Positions 1 to 10,900 of a stretch of 64,000 nt of DNA are shown here, piece after piece. The stretch is from contig OZ220736.1 of NCBI GenBank assembly GCA_965116825.1, forward strand, positions 5,435,888 to 5,499,887. The letters are read 5' to 3'. The stretch comes from Vicinamibacterales bacterium. Its GTDB lineage: Bacteria > Acidobacteriota > Vicinamibacteria > Vicinamibacterales > UBA8438. The notes beneath the pieces were generated by a model. The model saw nothing but the letters and a program-made list of their open reading frames with translations. It did not search any database and had not been told where the DNA came from. A program made the position numbers and the translations under genes. Within the stretch, counting starts at the first letter, position 1; each line of letters opens with the position of its first letter.

Positions 1-648
1 CCACGCTTCACCGAGCGCGGTCAGGCGTTCTATCGTGTCGCCCAGCACGTCGGCGTCGTCCATCCGGGCCGCCCACCGCGCCCGCTCCAGCAGCACCGCC
101 AGGTTGTCGGGCCGCCGCTCCAGCACCTCCTCGAGCCACTGCCGCGCTTCCGGCAGATCGGTGTCGAGTCCTCCGCGCTCGAGCTCCTGGGCCAGTGCGA
201 AACGCGCCCGCTGGTGATCGACGTCGAGGCCCGCCGCGCGCCGATACTCTGCGACAGCCTCCGCGGACCGACCGCTGAAGCTTGCGAGCTGCCCCCGGAG
301 GAAGGCCACCCGGGCGCTGTCGGGCGCAAGCGCGTTGGCGGTCTCCAGGGCGGCCGCCGCGCCCTCGTCATCACCCACCCCCACCCGGGCAATGGCCAGG
401 TTGGCGTGAATGGCCGCTTCACGCGGCGCCAGCTCGCTCGCCCGAGTGAACTGATCGCGTGCGTCGCTGAGCAGGCCGACCTCCAGCGACGCCAACCCCC
501 GGTAGAAGACGCGGACCGTCTCCCGGTACTCCGCCGAGCCCGCCGACGGTACCCCCGCCGGCGCACAGCCGACCCAGTGCCCCGCGCCCGACGCCAGGAC
601 AACCAGAACGATCCCCGCCAGGGCAAGTCCGCGCCGGCGATCCGGCAC
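1..648 (-). CDS. TPR-repeat lipoprotein, 3' end cut by window edge
   Basis: Hand translation: GTG at 646-648, then PDRRRGLALAGIVLVVLASGAGHWVGC (basic n-region, hydrophobic core, lipobox-like Cys). A/L/R-rich TPR-like helices follow. The frame stays open to nt 1, so it has no stop and is absent from the ORF track. Confidence 0.6.
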   Translation of the reverse strand, partial: MPDRRRGLALAGIVLVVLASGAGHWVGCAPAGVPSAGSAEYRETVRVFYRGLASLEVGLLSDARDQFTRASELAPREAAIHANLAIARVGVGDDEGAAAALETANALAPDSARVAFLRGQLASFSGRSAEAVAEYRRAAGLDVDHQRARFALAQELERGGLDTDLPEARQWLEEVLERRPDNLAVLLERARWAARMDDADVLGDTIERLTALGEAW

Positions 649-809
649 GGATAACCCGGCTCTGCCCCCTGACGGAGCGGAAGAAGTCGGTCGCTGCGCG
701 CTCATCAGCGCTGCGGATGATCCGCACCTGACCGATAGCAGCGAAGCGGAGGAACTGGATGAATGCACTTTCATCACCATGAATCCTTGATATTCTTGCG
801 AACCGTAGC

Positions 810-2237
810 ATGACCGGCAAGGTTCCGCGGACGCTCGCCCCGGCCCTGCTCCTCGTCCTGGGCCTGATGCTCGGTACGGCGGCCGCGCAGCCGCCCGGCG
901 CTTCCCCGCTCGTTCTCTCCACCGCCCGGCCCGACCCGCAGGCGGGGACCCTGACCATCGCCGGCGCGGGCTTCGGCGCGGTTCCGTTCGTCACCCTCGA
1001 CCTGGTGCCGCTGGCCGTCCGCTCGGCATCCGACACCGAGATCGTCGCCACCGCCCCGATCTCCCTCATGCCGCCCGGCGACTACGTGCTCACTGTCAGC
1101 CGTGGCTCGGGAGCGGGCGAGCACGCCTCGCTCGACGTCCCTCTGCACGGCGGCGTGGCCGCCGGCGGCTCGTCGCCGGCCGACCGGTCGGGCGCGGGCC
1201 CGGGACCGGGAGCGCGCGCGGCGACCGGCGGCGCCGACGGGCCGGCATTGGCCGCGGACCCCGGGGCGATCGCCGCCACCGTCGGCAACCGCGTCATCAC
1301 GGTGGCCGAGGTGGATCGGGAGTGGCGGCGGCAGGATCCGGGCGGCTTCGTCGCCTTGGCGCGCGAGATTCACGACACCCGCTGGCGCTTCACCGACGCC
1401 CTGGTGTCCGCGGAGCTCATCGCCCGCGAGGCCGACGCACAGGGCGTAACCCCGGAAGCGTTGCTGGAGCGGGAGATCCCGCCGCGCATCGTCGAGATGC
1501 CCGAATCGGCGGTCCGCTCGCTCTATGCCGACGTCGGTACCGCGGCGCGGGGCGCCAGCTACGAGCGGATGGAACCGGCGCTGCGCGCCTGGCTGGAACG
1601 CGTGACGGCGCGCGAGCTGGCGCGGATGAACTACCTGGAGGAGCTGACCGCGATCTCCACGAACGCCGAGCTGGCGCTGGATCCGCCCCGCATCGCCGTG
1701 GAGCGCACCGCGCAGGACGCCGTGTTGGGCCCCGAGACCGCCGCCGTCGAGCTGGCCGTGTTCGGCGACTTCCAGAGCGCCGGCTACGGGCGGTTCGCCG
1801 CGGTGTTCGGCCGGGTCCGGGAAACGTACGGCGAGCGGGTCCGGATAGTGTTCAAGCACCTGCCGCCGCCCGACCGCCCCGCCGCGATCCAGGCCGGGCA
1901 GGCGGCGCAGTGCGCCAACCTGCAGGGTCGCTTCTGGCCCTTCCACGACGCGCTGCTGTCACGCCCGGCGGTGCTCGACGCGTTTCGCCTGCGGCAGGCG
2001 GCGAGCGAAGCGGGCCTGAGTGTGGACCGGTTCAACGCCTGTCTCGCGAGCGGAGCGACGCGCGCGACGATCATGGACGCGCTGGACGAAGCGATACGCT
2101 ACGGCCTCCACACCAGCCCCAGCGTACTCGTCAACGGCCGTCTGGCGCCGGAACCGCCGCCGTTCCTGCCGCCGTTCGAGTTCTTCACCCGGCTCGTGGA
2201 GGAAGCGCTGCTGCAGGCGTCGCGACGCGCGCGTTGA
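810..2237 (+). CDS. Secreted IPT/TIG-like domain + SurA-N-like linker + DsbA-like thioredoxin-fold protein lacking the CxxC motif
   Basis: 475-aa ORF. Signal peptide LLLVLGLMLGTAAAQ. N-terminal TLTIAGAGFG...YVLTVSRGSG resembles an IPT/TIG domain. C-terminal VELAVFGDFQSAGYGRF...FKHLP...QCANLQGRFWPFHDALL matches the DsbA-family pattern, but FQCPxC is replaced by FQSAGY. Confidence 0.75.
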   Translation: MTGKVPRTLAPALLLVLGLMLGTAAAQPPGASPLVLSTARPDPQAGTLTIAGAGFGAVPFVTLDLVPLAVRSASDTEIVATAPISLMPPGDYVLTVSRGSGAGEHASLDVPLHGGVAAGGSSPADRSGAGPGPGARAATGGADGPALAADPGAIAATVGNRVITVAEVDREWRRQDPGGFVALAREIHDTRWRFTDALVSAELIAREADAQGVTPEALLEREIPPRIVEMPESAVRSLYADVGTAARGASYERMEPALRAWLERVTARELARMNYLEELTAISTNAELALDPPRIAVERTAQDAVLGPETAAVELAVFGDFQSAGYGRFAAVFGRVRETYGERVRIVFKHLPPPDRPAAIQAGQAAQCANLQGRFWPFHDALLSRPAVLDAFRLRQAASEAGLSVDRFNACLASGATRATIMDALDEAIRYGLHTSPSVLVNGRLAPEPPPFLPPFEFFTRLVEEALLQASRRAR

Positions 2238-2301
2238 CCCGGCCTTCGCCATCGCGAGCCGAACCGCGAAACGGCGCACGCCCGTGGCGAGGCGCGGCTG
2301 A

Positions 2302-3969
2302 TCAGGGACTCTCGAGTCCGCCGGCTTCGTCGACGACGAGCCGCCGGTTGGCCGCAACGCCGGTGAACCGCTGCGTGACGCCCGACGGCCAGGTCACCTC
2401 CAGCATCTCCACGGCAGGGTCAGACGCCAGACCGAACGTGAGCGGCAGCTCGCTCTGCGACGCGTAGCTCGATCCGCTGCGCACCGTCCGCCGCTGCGAG
2501 CCCGACGCACCGGCGATGCGCACCGTCGCCCCGATGCCGCGACGGTTCGAGGCGGCGCCGGTCAGGCGGACGCGGAGCCAGTTGTTGCGGTTGCCCCCGT
2601 CGTTGCGCAGCAACCGCGCCGGTCCGTTCAGCGCGGTGAGAACGACATCCAGGTCCCCGTCGCCGTCGAAGTCGGCGTAGGCGGCTCCCCGTCCCATGGC
2701 CGGCCGGCCGAAGTCGGCGCCCGCCGCCGCGCTCACGTCGTCGAACGTGCCGTCGCCCCGGTTGCGCAACAGAAGCGGCGGCTGGCTGAGCCGCGCCCGC
2801 GAGTCCAGCATCCCCTGCGATTCGTCGGTCCCCCCGTTGGCGGCGAAGATGTCGAGATGCCCGTCCAGATCGACGTCCAGGAAGAAGACCGCCCAGGTCA
2901 CCGACTGGTAGCTCGCCCGCCCCACCGTGCTGCGGGGCGCGGCGTCCACGTACAGCCCGTCCCCCGCGTCGCGGTACAAGCCGAGCATCTCGTGAAGGAA
3001 GTTGCCCACGACGATGTCCGGCCGGCCCGACCGGTCGTAGTCGGCCGCGTCGACCCCCATGTTCGCGCGCGCCCGCCCCCGCTCGCTCAGCGCCACCCCG
3101 GCGCGCAACGCCTCGTCGACGAAGCGCCCCGCGCCGTCGTTGCGGTACAGCTTCGCCGGCACCCGATCGCTGCCGACGAAGACATCGGGCCAGCCGTCGG
3201 CGTCGTAGTCGAGGACCGCCACGCCCATCGCCTTGTCGGTGGGATCGTCGAGCCCGGCCCGCGTGGTGACGTTCTCGAACCGCCCGCCGCCGGCGTTGCG
3301 GTACAGCGTGGGGGCTGCCGGCCGGTACGCGTCCGGGCCGCAGTAGCCCGGCGGGTCGCCGCACCCCGTCTCCTCTTCCGGCGACCAGTCGACGTAGTTG
3401 CCGACGAACAGGTCGACCAGCCCGTCGCGGTCGTAGTCGAGCCAGGCGGCGCTGACCGCGAACCGCCCGTCCCCGATCCCCGCGTCGGCGCTCACGTCGC
3501 GGAACGTGCCGTCCCCCGCGTTGCGATACAGCCGGCCCCCGTCCACCGTCGTCATGAAGACGTCGTCGTGCCCGTCGTTGTCGTAATCGGCGACCGTCGC
3601 GCCCAGACCGTAGACGTCGCGGCCGTCGAGCCCGCTGCCGGCGAATGCGTCGGAGAACGTGCCGTCGCGGTTGTTGCGAAACAGCCCGTGCCGGGTGCCG
3701 CCGGCCGATCGCCAGTCGCGGCCGTTGACGAACAGCAGGTCCGGCCAGCCGTCGCTGTCGAGGTCGAGCACGGCGACGCCGCCGCCGAACAGCTCGGGAT
3801 AGCGGTGATCTCCCGCCGCGCCGTTGTCGTGCGTGAACTCGATGCCGGCCTGCCGCGTCACGTCGGTGAAAGACACCGCCGCCGCGCCGGCCTGCGCCCG
3901 GGCGGCAGAGCCACCCGGCCACAGCACCATGAACGAGACCGACACCGCGAGCATGAAGGCTCTCCGCAT
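2302..3969 (-). CDS. CRTAC1-family protein (FG-GAP/VCBS repeats + ASPIC/UnbV C-terminal domain), secreted
   Basis: 555-aa ORF with a signal peptide. Repeated DxDxDGxxD-type FG-GAP/VCBS motifs (DLDSDGWPDLLFVN, DYDNDGHDDVF, DYDRDGLVDLF...). C-terminal NNWLRVRLTG...GIGATVRI...RSGSSYASQSELPLTFGL is typical of UnbV/ASPIC. Confidence 0.85.
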   Translation of the reverse strand: MRRAFMLAVSVSFMVLWPGGSAARAQAGAAAVSFTDVTRQAGIEFTHDNGAAGDHRYPELFGGGVAVLDLDSDGWPDLLFVNGRDWRSAGGTRHGLFRNNRDGTFSDAFAGSGLDGRDVYGLGATVADYDNDGHDDVFMTTVDGGRLYRNAGDGTFRDVSADAGIGDGRFAVSAAWLDYDRDGLVDLFVGNYVDWSPEEETGCGDPPGYCGPDAYRPAAPTLYRNAGGGRFENVTTRAGLDDPTDKAMGVAVLDYDADGWPDVFVGSDRVPAKLYRNDGAGRFVDEALRAGVALSERGRARANMGVDAADYDRSGRPDIVVGNFLHEMLGLYRDAGDGLYVDAAPRSTVGRASYQSVTWAVFFLDVDLDGHLDIFAANGGTDESQGMLDSRARLSQPPLLLRNRGDGTFDDVSAAAGADFGRPAMGRGAAYADFDGDGDLDVVLTALNGPARLLRNDGGNRNNWLRVRLTGAASNRRGIGATVRIAGASGSQRRTVRSGSSYASQSELPLTFGLASDPAVEMLEVTWPSGVTQRFTGVAANRRLVVDEAGGLESP

Positions 3970-3978
3970 GCGTTCAGC

Positions 3979-5625
3979 CTACGGCACTTCCCCGTCCGGC
4001 CAGGGTGTGCGGCACGCCTCGCCCCGTTCGTAGCGTCCCAGGTTCTCGCGGAGCCTGGAGATGACCGGCGTCAGGCCGGCCCGGCCCGCACCGGTGACGA
4101 GATCCCGCTGCAGCGCCGCCGCGCGGTCGAAGGCGCCTACCTCGGCCAGCGCCATCGCCATCGTCTCGCCCAGCTCGAGCGTACGCCCCTGCGACGCGAG
4201 ACGGTCGACCAGGGCCAGGGACCGCTGGCCGTCCCGGACCCGTTCGTCCGGCGCCGCGGCCAGCAGGCGCGCCAGCGCGTGCGACAGCCCCAGGTCGCCG
4301 GGATGGGCCTCGACCGCCCGCTCCAGCCGCGAGCGGGCATCGCTCCAGCGGTGCAGGACGACCAGCGCCATCGCCTCTCCGAAGGCGGCCTCGACGAGGT
4401 CCGGGTTCATCCGCGACACCTGCCGGTACTCCGCCAGCGCTCCCTCCGGATCACCGGACCGGCGCAGGCTGTGCGCCAGCCGCAGACGCGCCTCGGTGTA
4501 CGCCGACCGCGCCCGCAGCGCCGCGGCGAAACGCTCTGCCGCCTCCCGGTGCCGCCCCGCCTCCTGCAGCAGGACACCCAGGCTGTAGTGGGCCTGCGGC
4601 AGCTCGGGCGCCTCCGCCGCGGCCCGCTCCAGCTCGGCACGCGCCGTCGCGAGGTCTCCCCGCAGGTAGAGCGCCGTCCCCAGTCGGTGCCGCAGCTCCG
4701 CGTCGGCCGGCTCGATCTCCAGTCCCCGCCGGAACGCCTCGACCGCACCGTCCCAGTCCTCGCGGTTGAGCGCCTCGATGCCGCGGGTCTCGTACGCCTG
4801 CGCGCTCTCCAGCAGACTGTCGAGGACCGCCATCAGCGGGTCGGCGGGACGGATGTCTGCCGCCTCGCGCTGCCGCAGGTGCTCCTGGGCGCGATCCGCC
4901 TCGCCGAGCCGCAGGTAGGCCTGCCCCAGCGGATAGTGAGCCGCCGTCGCCGACGGCTCCAGCGCCAGGATCTCTTCCAGGCCCCGCGCGGCCGCTGCGA
5001 ACTCCTCGCGCATCAGGGCCGCGCGGGCCAGCCCGAACCGTGCCGAGAGCGAATCGGGATAGAGCGACAGAGCCCGCTCGAACAGCGGCCCGGCCGCCGC
5101 CGCATCGCCCTGCGCCAAACGGATATCCCCCAGCCAGACGAGTATCGCCATGTCGTCGGGTTGCAGCCGGCGCGCCGCCTCGAACCGCTCGGCCGCGTCG
5201 TCGAGCGCACCGGCGTCCCGGTGCAGGTGGGCCAGATAGTAGGGCCAGCGGACGTCGGCCGGGGCCAGCGCCTGCGCGTTCCGGAGCGCCGGGACCGCCG
5301 CATTCGGAAACTCCGCCGCCATCAGCACCATGCCGAGCGCGCCGTAGGTCTCCGCCGCGCTCGCGGTGGGAGCCGCCCCATCGCCCTGCAGGCGCTCGAC
5401 CGGTCGCCAGCGTGCCTGCACCTGCTCGCGGACCGAGTCGCCAACCTGCGCGAGATCCGGAAGCACGACCGGTTCCAGACGCTCGCCCGCCGCCGCGCCG
5501 CCGTCCTGGCCTGCGCCGGTCCCCGGCGGGCCGGCTCCGCCGCACGCGGCCACCACGAGCAGCGGCAGCAGCGGAGCGCCGAGCCGGCCGCCGGCGAAGC
5601 GGATGCACGTCCTCGCAACACTCAT
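3979..5625 (-). CDS. TPR-repeat lipoprotein
   Basis: This is the 3' part of the 908-aa track ORF. The real start is ATG 5623-5625 (MSVARTCIRFAGGRLGAPLLPLLVVAACGG, lipobox). About 12 TPR-like helical repeats follow. The ATG overlaps the TGA of the upstream CRTAC1 gene (ATGA at 5622-5625). Confidence 0.8.
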   Translation of the reverse strand: MSVARTCIRFAGGRLGAPLLPLLVVAACGGAGPPGTGAGQDGGAAAGERLEPVVLPDLAQVGDSVREQVQARWRPVERLQGDGAAPTASAAETYGALGMVLMAAEFPNAAVPALRNAQALAPADVRWPYYLAHLHRDAGALDDAAERFEAARRLQPDDMAILVWLGDIRLAQGDAAAAGPLFERALSLYPDSLSARFGLARAALMREEFAAAARGLEEILALEPSATAAHYPLGQAYLRLGEADRAQEHLRQREAADIRPADPLMAVLDSLLESAQAYETRGIEALNREDWDGAVEAFRRGLEIEPADAELRHRLGTALYLRGDLATARAELERAAAEAPELPQAHYSLGVLLQEAGRHREAAERFAAALRARSAYTEARLRLAHSLRRSGDPEGALAEYRQVSRMNPDLVEAAFGEAMALVVLHRWSDARSRLERAVEAHPGDLGLSHALARLLAAAPDERVRDGQRSLALVDRLASQGRTLELGETMAMALAEVGAFDRAAALQRDLVTGAGRAGLTPVISRLRENLGRYERGEACRTPWPDGEVP

Positions 5626-7520
5626 CGGGTTTGGACTCGGACCGGATCGCCGGTCCCCTGCTCCAGGGTGTGCCAGCCGTCGACCGCCACTGCCGGCCAC
5701 GCCTCGGCCTTCCCGTCCGGCCAGTGCACCGTCACGGCGGGCGCAGTCTCCGAGTCGCCCAGGCCGACCAGCACGCGGGGGTCGTTGGCCGACGCGTAGC
5801 TGCCGTCGGAGCGCGCACGCCGCCACAGCGCCGCCGCGCCCGGACGCTCCACGACGACCCGCGCCCCCAGCATGTCCCGTCCGCCTGCACCGACGAGACG
5901 CAGACCGAGCCAGTGGTTGCGGTTGCCGACCTCGTTGATCAGCAGGCGGGCCGGACCGGCGTCGTTGCCCACGAGAACATCGACGTCGCCGTCGTTGTCG
6001 ACGTCCCCGAACGCGGCGCCCCGTCCCACCGCGGACCTGTCGAAGGCGGACCCGGCGCGGTCGCCCAGCGCCTCGAAGCGGCCGCCGCCCAGGTTGCGAA
6101 AGAGCGTCATCCGCTGATCGTACGGAAAACTGTCGCTTTCCCGCCCCTCCACCATCACCACGGTGCCGTTGACGGCCAGCAGATCCAGCCGGCCGTCGTT
6201 GTCGTAGTCGACCCACGAGGTCCCCCAGCCGGTATAGGCGAGGCTGGAGGCGCCAAGCCCGGCGGGCGCGCTGCGGTCGGCGAAACGACCGGTGCCGTCG
6301 TTGACGTACAGGTTGTTCCCCTCCCGCATCAGATGCGTCATGAAGAGGTCTTCGTCGCCGTCGTCGTCGAAGTCGCCGGCGTCCACTCCCATGCTCGCTT
6401 CCGGAACCCCGAGATCGCTCACCGCGGAGCCCGAGGCCAGCGCCGCGTCGCGGAGGGTACCGTCGCCCTGGTTCATCCAGAGGATGTTCTCGGTACCGTC
6501 GTTGGCCACGTAGATGTCGATCCAGCCGTCGCCGTCGAAGTCGGCGGTCACGACCCCGAGGGCCGGCCCGAAGCGGCCTCCCACGAGCGCCGCGTCGCTC
6601 GCGTCCTCGAACCGGCCGCCGCCCAGATTCCGGTAGAGGCGATCCGGCATCCCGCCGTACACCTGGGGGGGACAGTAGTCGCGCACCCCGGCCTGGTTCG
6701 GGCACTCGGCCTCGTTGTCGAGACGGTAATCCACGTTGTGGCCGACGTACAGGTCCAGCCGCCCATCCCGGTCGTAGTCGACGAACGCCGCGGAGACGCC
6801 GAAGCCGGGAGCCCCCGTCAGGCCGCTCTCCGCCGTTGCGTCACCGAAGGTTCCATCGCCGTTGTTGCGGTACAGGCGCGGCGGTCCGAAGTTCGTCAGG
6901 TAGAGATCGACGAAGCCGTCGCTGTCGACATCCCCGGCCGCCACCCCGAGTCCGTAGCCGTCGGCGTCGATGCCGCTCGCGGCCGTCGCGTCCGCGAAGC
7001 GGAGCACCGGACGGCCGTCGGGCCCGGGCGCCAGATCGTTCCGGAAAAGGCGTCCGCCGGACGGCGCGCGGCCCGCCGGCGGCGGCACGAGATGCGCCGC
7101 CGGCGGCACATCCGAACCCAGCGTCCCGCTCTGCACCAGGTAGGCGTCGAGATCGCCGTCGTTGTCGTAGTCGAAGAGCGCCGCGCCCGGCGGCAGAATC
7201 TCCGGGTAGTAGAAACGGCCGGACGCACCGTTGACGTGGACGAAATCGAGGCCGGCCTCCACCGCGCGGTCCACGAACAGGTCGCCGCCGACGTCGCCCG
7301 CCCCCTGGTCATGCACGCCCGGAACACCGGTCTCGTCAGCCGGCGGGCCGGACCCCGCGTCGCAGCCGAAACCCAGGCAAGCCAGAACCGCCAGCGCCGC
7401 GGCAGGCAACGCGCCGCGTCGCGCGGGGCGCTCACCCCGCCGGAAGCGAACGCCGCCGGCCGTGCATCCTGGCAAGGGGCAGAAACGCCGGGCGGCTGCG
7501 CGGCCGCCCGGCGGAAACAT
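5622..7520 (-). CDS. CRTAC1-family protein (FG-GAP/VCBS + ASPIC/UnbV), lipoprotein
   Basis: 632-aa ORF. Lipobox LACLGFGC. FG-GAP/VCBS motifs (DYDNDGDLDAY, DVDSDGFVDLY, DFDGDGWIDIY...). C-terminal NHWLGLRLVG...RSDGSYASANDPRVLVGLG. Confidence 0.85.
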   Translation of the reverse strand: MFPPGGRAAARRFCPLPGCTAGGVRFRRGERPARRGALPAAALAVLACLGFGCDAGSGPPADETGVPGVHDQGAGDVGGDLFVDRAVEAGLDFVHVNGASGRFYYPEILPPGAALFDYDNDGDLDAYLVQSGTLGSDVPPAAHLVPPPAGRAPSGGRLFRNDLAPGPDGRPVLRFADATAASGIDADGYGLGVAAGDVDSDGFVDLYLTNFGPPRLYRNNGDGTFGDATAESGLTGAPGFGVSAAFVDYDRDGRLDLYVGHNVDYRLDNEAECPNQAGVRDYCPPQVYGGMPDRLYRNLGGGRFEDASDAALVGGRFGPALGVVTADFDGDGWIDIYVANDGTENILWMNQGDGTLRDAALASGSAVSDLGVPEASMGVDAGDFDDDGDEDLFMTHLMREGNNLYVNDGTGRFADRSAPAGLGASSLAYTGWGTSWVDYDNDGRLDLLAVNGTVVMVEGRESDSFPYDQRMTLFRNLGGGRFEALGDRAGSAFDRSAVGRGAAFGDVDNDGDVDVLVGNDAGPARLLINEVGNRNHWLGLRLVGAGGRDMLGARVVVERPGAAALWRRARSDGSYASANDPRVLVGLGDSETAPAVTVHWPDGKAEAWPAVAVDGWHTLEQGTGDPVRVQTR

Positions 7521-7524
7521 CCGA

Positions 7525-7902
7525 TCAGGAACAGAGCAGCGTGCAGCCGTCCCGGCGCTCGCGGCGCGTCGACGGCGTGGAGTCCTCGACCTTGCGGTCG
7601 ATCACCATCATGGCCAGGCCTATCCCGACCCCGGCGGCGATGACCGCCCATATCTTGCGCGACCCACCGCGGTCGCCCTGCCCCTCCGGGGCCTGCGCGG
7701 CCGCGGTCCGGGCCCTGCCCGAACGCGCGAGCGCCCCTGCAATCGCCGCCGCATCGTCCGGCGGCACCTGCCGAGCGGTCACCTCCGACGCGGCCTCCAT
7801 GGCCGAGTCCAGCAGACGTCCCGCGAACGCCGACGGCGCATGCGCAATCAGCAACGCCAGCACCAGCGCCGTCACCCGCTTCCAGCTCGTCTTCGCATTC
7901 AT
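7525..7902 (-). CDS. Small exported protein with C-terminal TM helix (hypothetical)
   Basis: ATG at 7900-7902 is preceded by an AGGAGG-type RBS. Signal peptide MNAKTSWKRVTALVLALLIAHAPSAFA. C-terminal hydrophobic helix IWAVIAAGVGIGLAMMVI. It lies between the outer-membrane barrel gene and the CRTAC1 gene on the same strand. Confidence 0.5.
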   Translation of the reverse strand: MNAKTSWKRVTALVLALLIAHAPSAFAGRLLDSAMEAASEVTARQVPPDDAAAIAGALARSGRARTAAAQAPEGQGDRGGSRKIWAVIAAGVGIGLAMMVIDRKVEDSTPSTRRERRDGCTLLCS

Positions 7903-7940
7903 GGTCTTCCTCCTCTCGGCAGCATGCGAACGCTGGGAGC

Positions 7941-10900
7941 CTAGAAGCGCAGGTTCGCGTACACCTGCAGCACCCGCGCGTCGAGCACGGTAATCGGCCG
8001 GCCGAACGCTATGCCGATGGTGTTCTCGATGGACTGCACCGAGTTGGAGTTCATCGCGTTGTAGAGGTCGATGCTGGTGTCGAGTCGCACGTCGCCCAGG
8101 TTGAACGTCCGCAGGAACCGCAGGTCGAGCTGCGTGAAGCGCTTGGTGAAGTACTGGTTCGGCGCCGTGATCGCCAGCGTCCGGGTGGAGCTGCCGGAGA
8201 AGCCGGTCCGCGTGCTGGTCGGATCGCAGTTGCCGTTGCCGTCCGCCCAGCAGTGGATGTCGGCGTTGGTGAAGTCGCCGAGGGCGTTGATCGGCGTCCC
8301 CGGCGTGTTCTTGTAGATCCAGCTCAGCGTGAAGTCCGACGGCAGCGGGATGTCGCCGTGCATGCGGAAGTCCGCCAGGTTGCCCCACGAGTGCACGTGG
8401 CTGCAGTTCGGACCGCCCGCCGGCAAGGCGTTGAACAGATCGCGCGGCTGGTTCGGCTCGTCCACGGTAAAGCAGTTGCTGACCGACTGCGTCCCCAGGT
8501 CGAGACCGCCGGTCACGCGGATGCCGTTCGGCAGACGGCCGTCGACCGAGAAGACGAATCCGTTCCATTCTCGGGTCTGGGCCCCGTACTTGTCGGCGAG
8601 CGTCACCAGCCGCTTGCTCTGGCCGAACAGCTCCGGCCGGATGTCGTAGTAGCCGCAGAGCGTCTGGCCCGGCGAGATGTCGCCGACCACGTCGAACAGC
8701 CGCCCGCCCGACGGCGCCGAGATGCAGTACTCGTCGTAGTCCCCGGGACTGGTCAGCAGGTTGTCCGACACCCAGTAGCCGCCCGACCAGTTCCGGTTGT
8801 AACCGGCGCTGACCGACAGCCCGGTCAGCAGCTCGCGCTGCATCTCGGCCAGGAAATCCCAGGTATACGGCCGGTTGTCGTACAGGACGTCCGGATCGAA
8901 GGTCGTGGCGGGGCAGGCTTCCGGGCTGGCCTCGGAGCATCCTTCCAGGTTGCCGAAGACGTAGTCGTCCGGGCCCAGATCCGGGAACTGGCCGTAGTTG
9001 ACGTTGTCGATGGCGCCGCACTCCCCGTTCGGCGTGAAGTCCCGCGTGTCGCAATCCGGGATCCAGTTCTGGTTGACGTCCTGCCAGGCCCGCCACGCCG
9101 ACGAGACGGACGACGTGAACGGGTGGAACTCGCGCGTCAACCGGCTCCGCGTCAGCTCGTTGAAGCGCCCCATCGACACCTTCAACGCCGTCCGGCCGTC
9201 GCCGGTGAGGTCGTAGCTAATGCCGCCCCGCGGATTGACGTCGGTCCAGTCCGGCACGCCCCGCAGCTCCGGCACCGTACGGGCCGGGACGAAGGGGCCG
9301 GCGTCCAACTCGGACGCCGGGAAACCCATCGTGACGTAGTCGGTTCGTATCCCTCCCGTCAGGGTCAGGTTCCCGACGGTCCAGGAATCCTGGATGTAGA
9401 GCCCCAGCTCCGAATGCATGCGCTCCTGCTGGAAGTACGGCTGCGCGTAGTAGTAGAGGCGCAACGGATTGCCGTTGAACAGCAGCCACCACAGCGTGTC
9501 CTGGTGGGCGGTGGTGCGTTCCTCGTCGTTGAACGCCTGCTCGAGCGTCAGGCCGACCCGGAAGTTGTGCGAGCCGGTGACGTACGACATCCGGAAGTAC
9601 TCCATGCTCCGGCCGGTCCGCGCGCGCGGCGCGATGTTCAGGATCGGCGCGCCCCACCGGTAGCCGGTGGCCGCGTCGCGGATGTGCCGGTCCTGGCCGT
9701 CGACGACCCCGGTGGCCGGGAAGTTGACCCAGTTCGCGGTCTGCCAGCCGCCGCCCGCCTCGAGCAGGAGGCGCGTGGTGACAGGCGACGTCCACGAGCC
9801 CTGCACGACGCCGTTGGGCCACATGTCCCACCCGTTCTCGTTCTCGATGGCGAACTGTCCGGTGTAGCCGGTGGTGCAGCGGCAGTCCTTCTGGATATCG
9901 AGAAAGCTGGCGAACCGGTGCCGCTCGGCCGCCTGCCAGGTGAGGCGCACGGCGTGGGTCCGGTTCCAGTCGAAGTCGTAGGCCGGACGGTTGGGGTCGC
10001 GCTCGTGGAAGATGGTCCGGGTGTTGTAGAAGCCGGTCGCGCCGGGCCCGCCGCGCAGGCCGAACGGGTCCTCGATCTCGTGCGGTCCGGCCATCCGCGG
10101 GTCGGGGAACTGCGCGCCCGCCATGCCGAACTCGTTGTGTCCCTGCAGCGCGTTGAAGAAGCCGCCGGGCGGCTGGATGCGGCGGCCCCAGCGCGCGATG
10201 GAGCCGTAGTACCAAGCCTTGTCCGGCACGATCGGGCCGCCCATGGTGCCGGCGGCGCGCCAGATGTTGACCATCTGCGGCGGCTCGATGCCGAACTCCT
10301 GCAGCTCGGGCGTCAGGTTGTCCGCCTGCATGCCGCCGCCGGAGTACTTCGTGTTGAGCGACGCGGTGAAGGTGTTGCTGCCCTCGCGCGGGATCGCGTT
10401 GATCGTCGTGCTGCCGGAGCCGTTCTCGGCGCCCATACCCGCGATCTCGACCTGCATCTCCCCGATGGTGTCGGAGTTGGTGATGTAGCCGGAGCCGGAG
10501 GCGGTGCCGATGTAGTACTGGTTCCGGAAGCCGTTGAACGAGGCGCGGGTGCCCGGCTTGCCGTGATAGAAGCGGTAGGCCCCCTGCGCCGACCAGGTGT
10601 CGCGCGTGCCGCCGACGTCGGCCCGGTCCTCGGTGAATCCGGGGGTCACCTGCGCGATGGTCTGCAGGCCGTAGTTGCCCACCGGCAGGACCTCGAGCTC
10701 CTCGGTGTCGAGGACCGCCTGCTGGCGCACTGTCTGCACGTCGACCACCGGCGCCTCGCCGGTGACGGTAATCGTTTCCTCGACCGACCCAACGGCCATC
10801 TGGGCGTCGATCGTCGCCGTGAATCCGGCGCCGATCGTGATCCCGTCGCGGACGACCGTCGAGAAGCCGGGCAGCGTGAACGTGACCGTATAGTCACCCA

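Noticed and set aside
2857-5799. Very long plus-strand ORFs antisense to real genes: 2857-5799 (980 aa), 5040-7643, 8253-11192, 12650-16909 (1419 aa) and 16870-21900 (1676 aa).
   Set aside because: They have R/A/G/P-dominated low-complexity composition and no recognisable motifs. Each lies opposite a minus-strand gene with clear family signatures. This is the typical stop-poor antisense-frame artefact of ~70% GC DNA.
3979-6705. 908-aa track ORF that appears to fuse a large N-terminal region to the TPR protein.
   Set aside because: The first ~360 residues are an alternative frame of the CRTAC1 gene (5622-7520) and look like junk. A lipoprotein signal follows the internal ATG at 5625, which also overlaps the CRTAC1 stop. 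I called 3979-5625.
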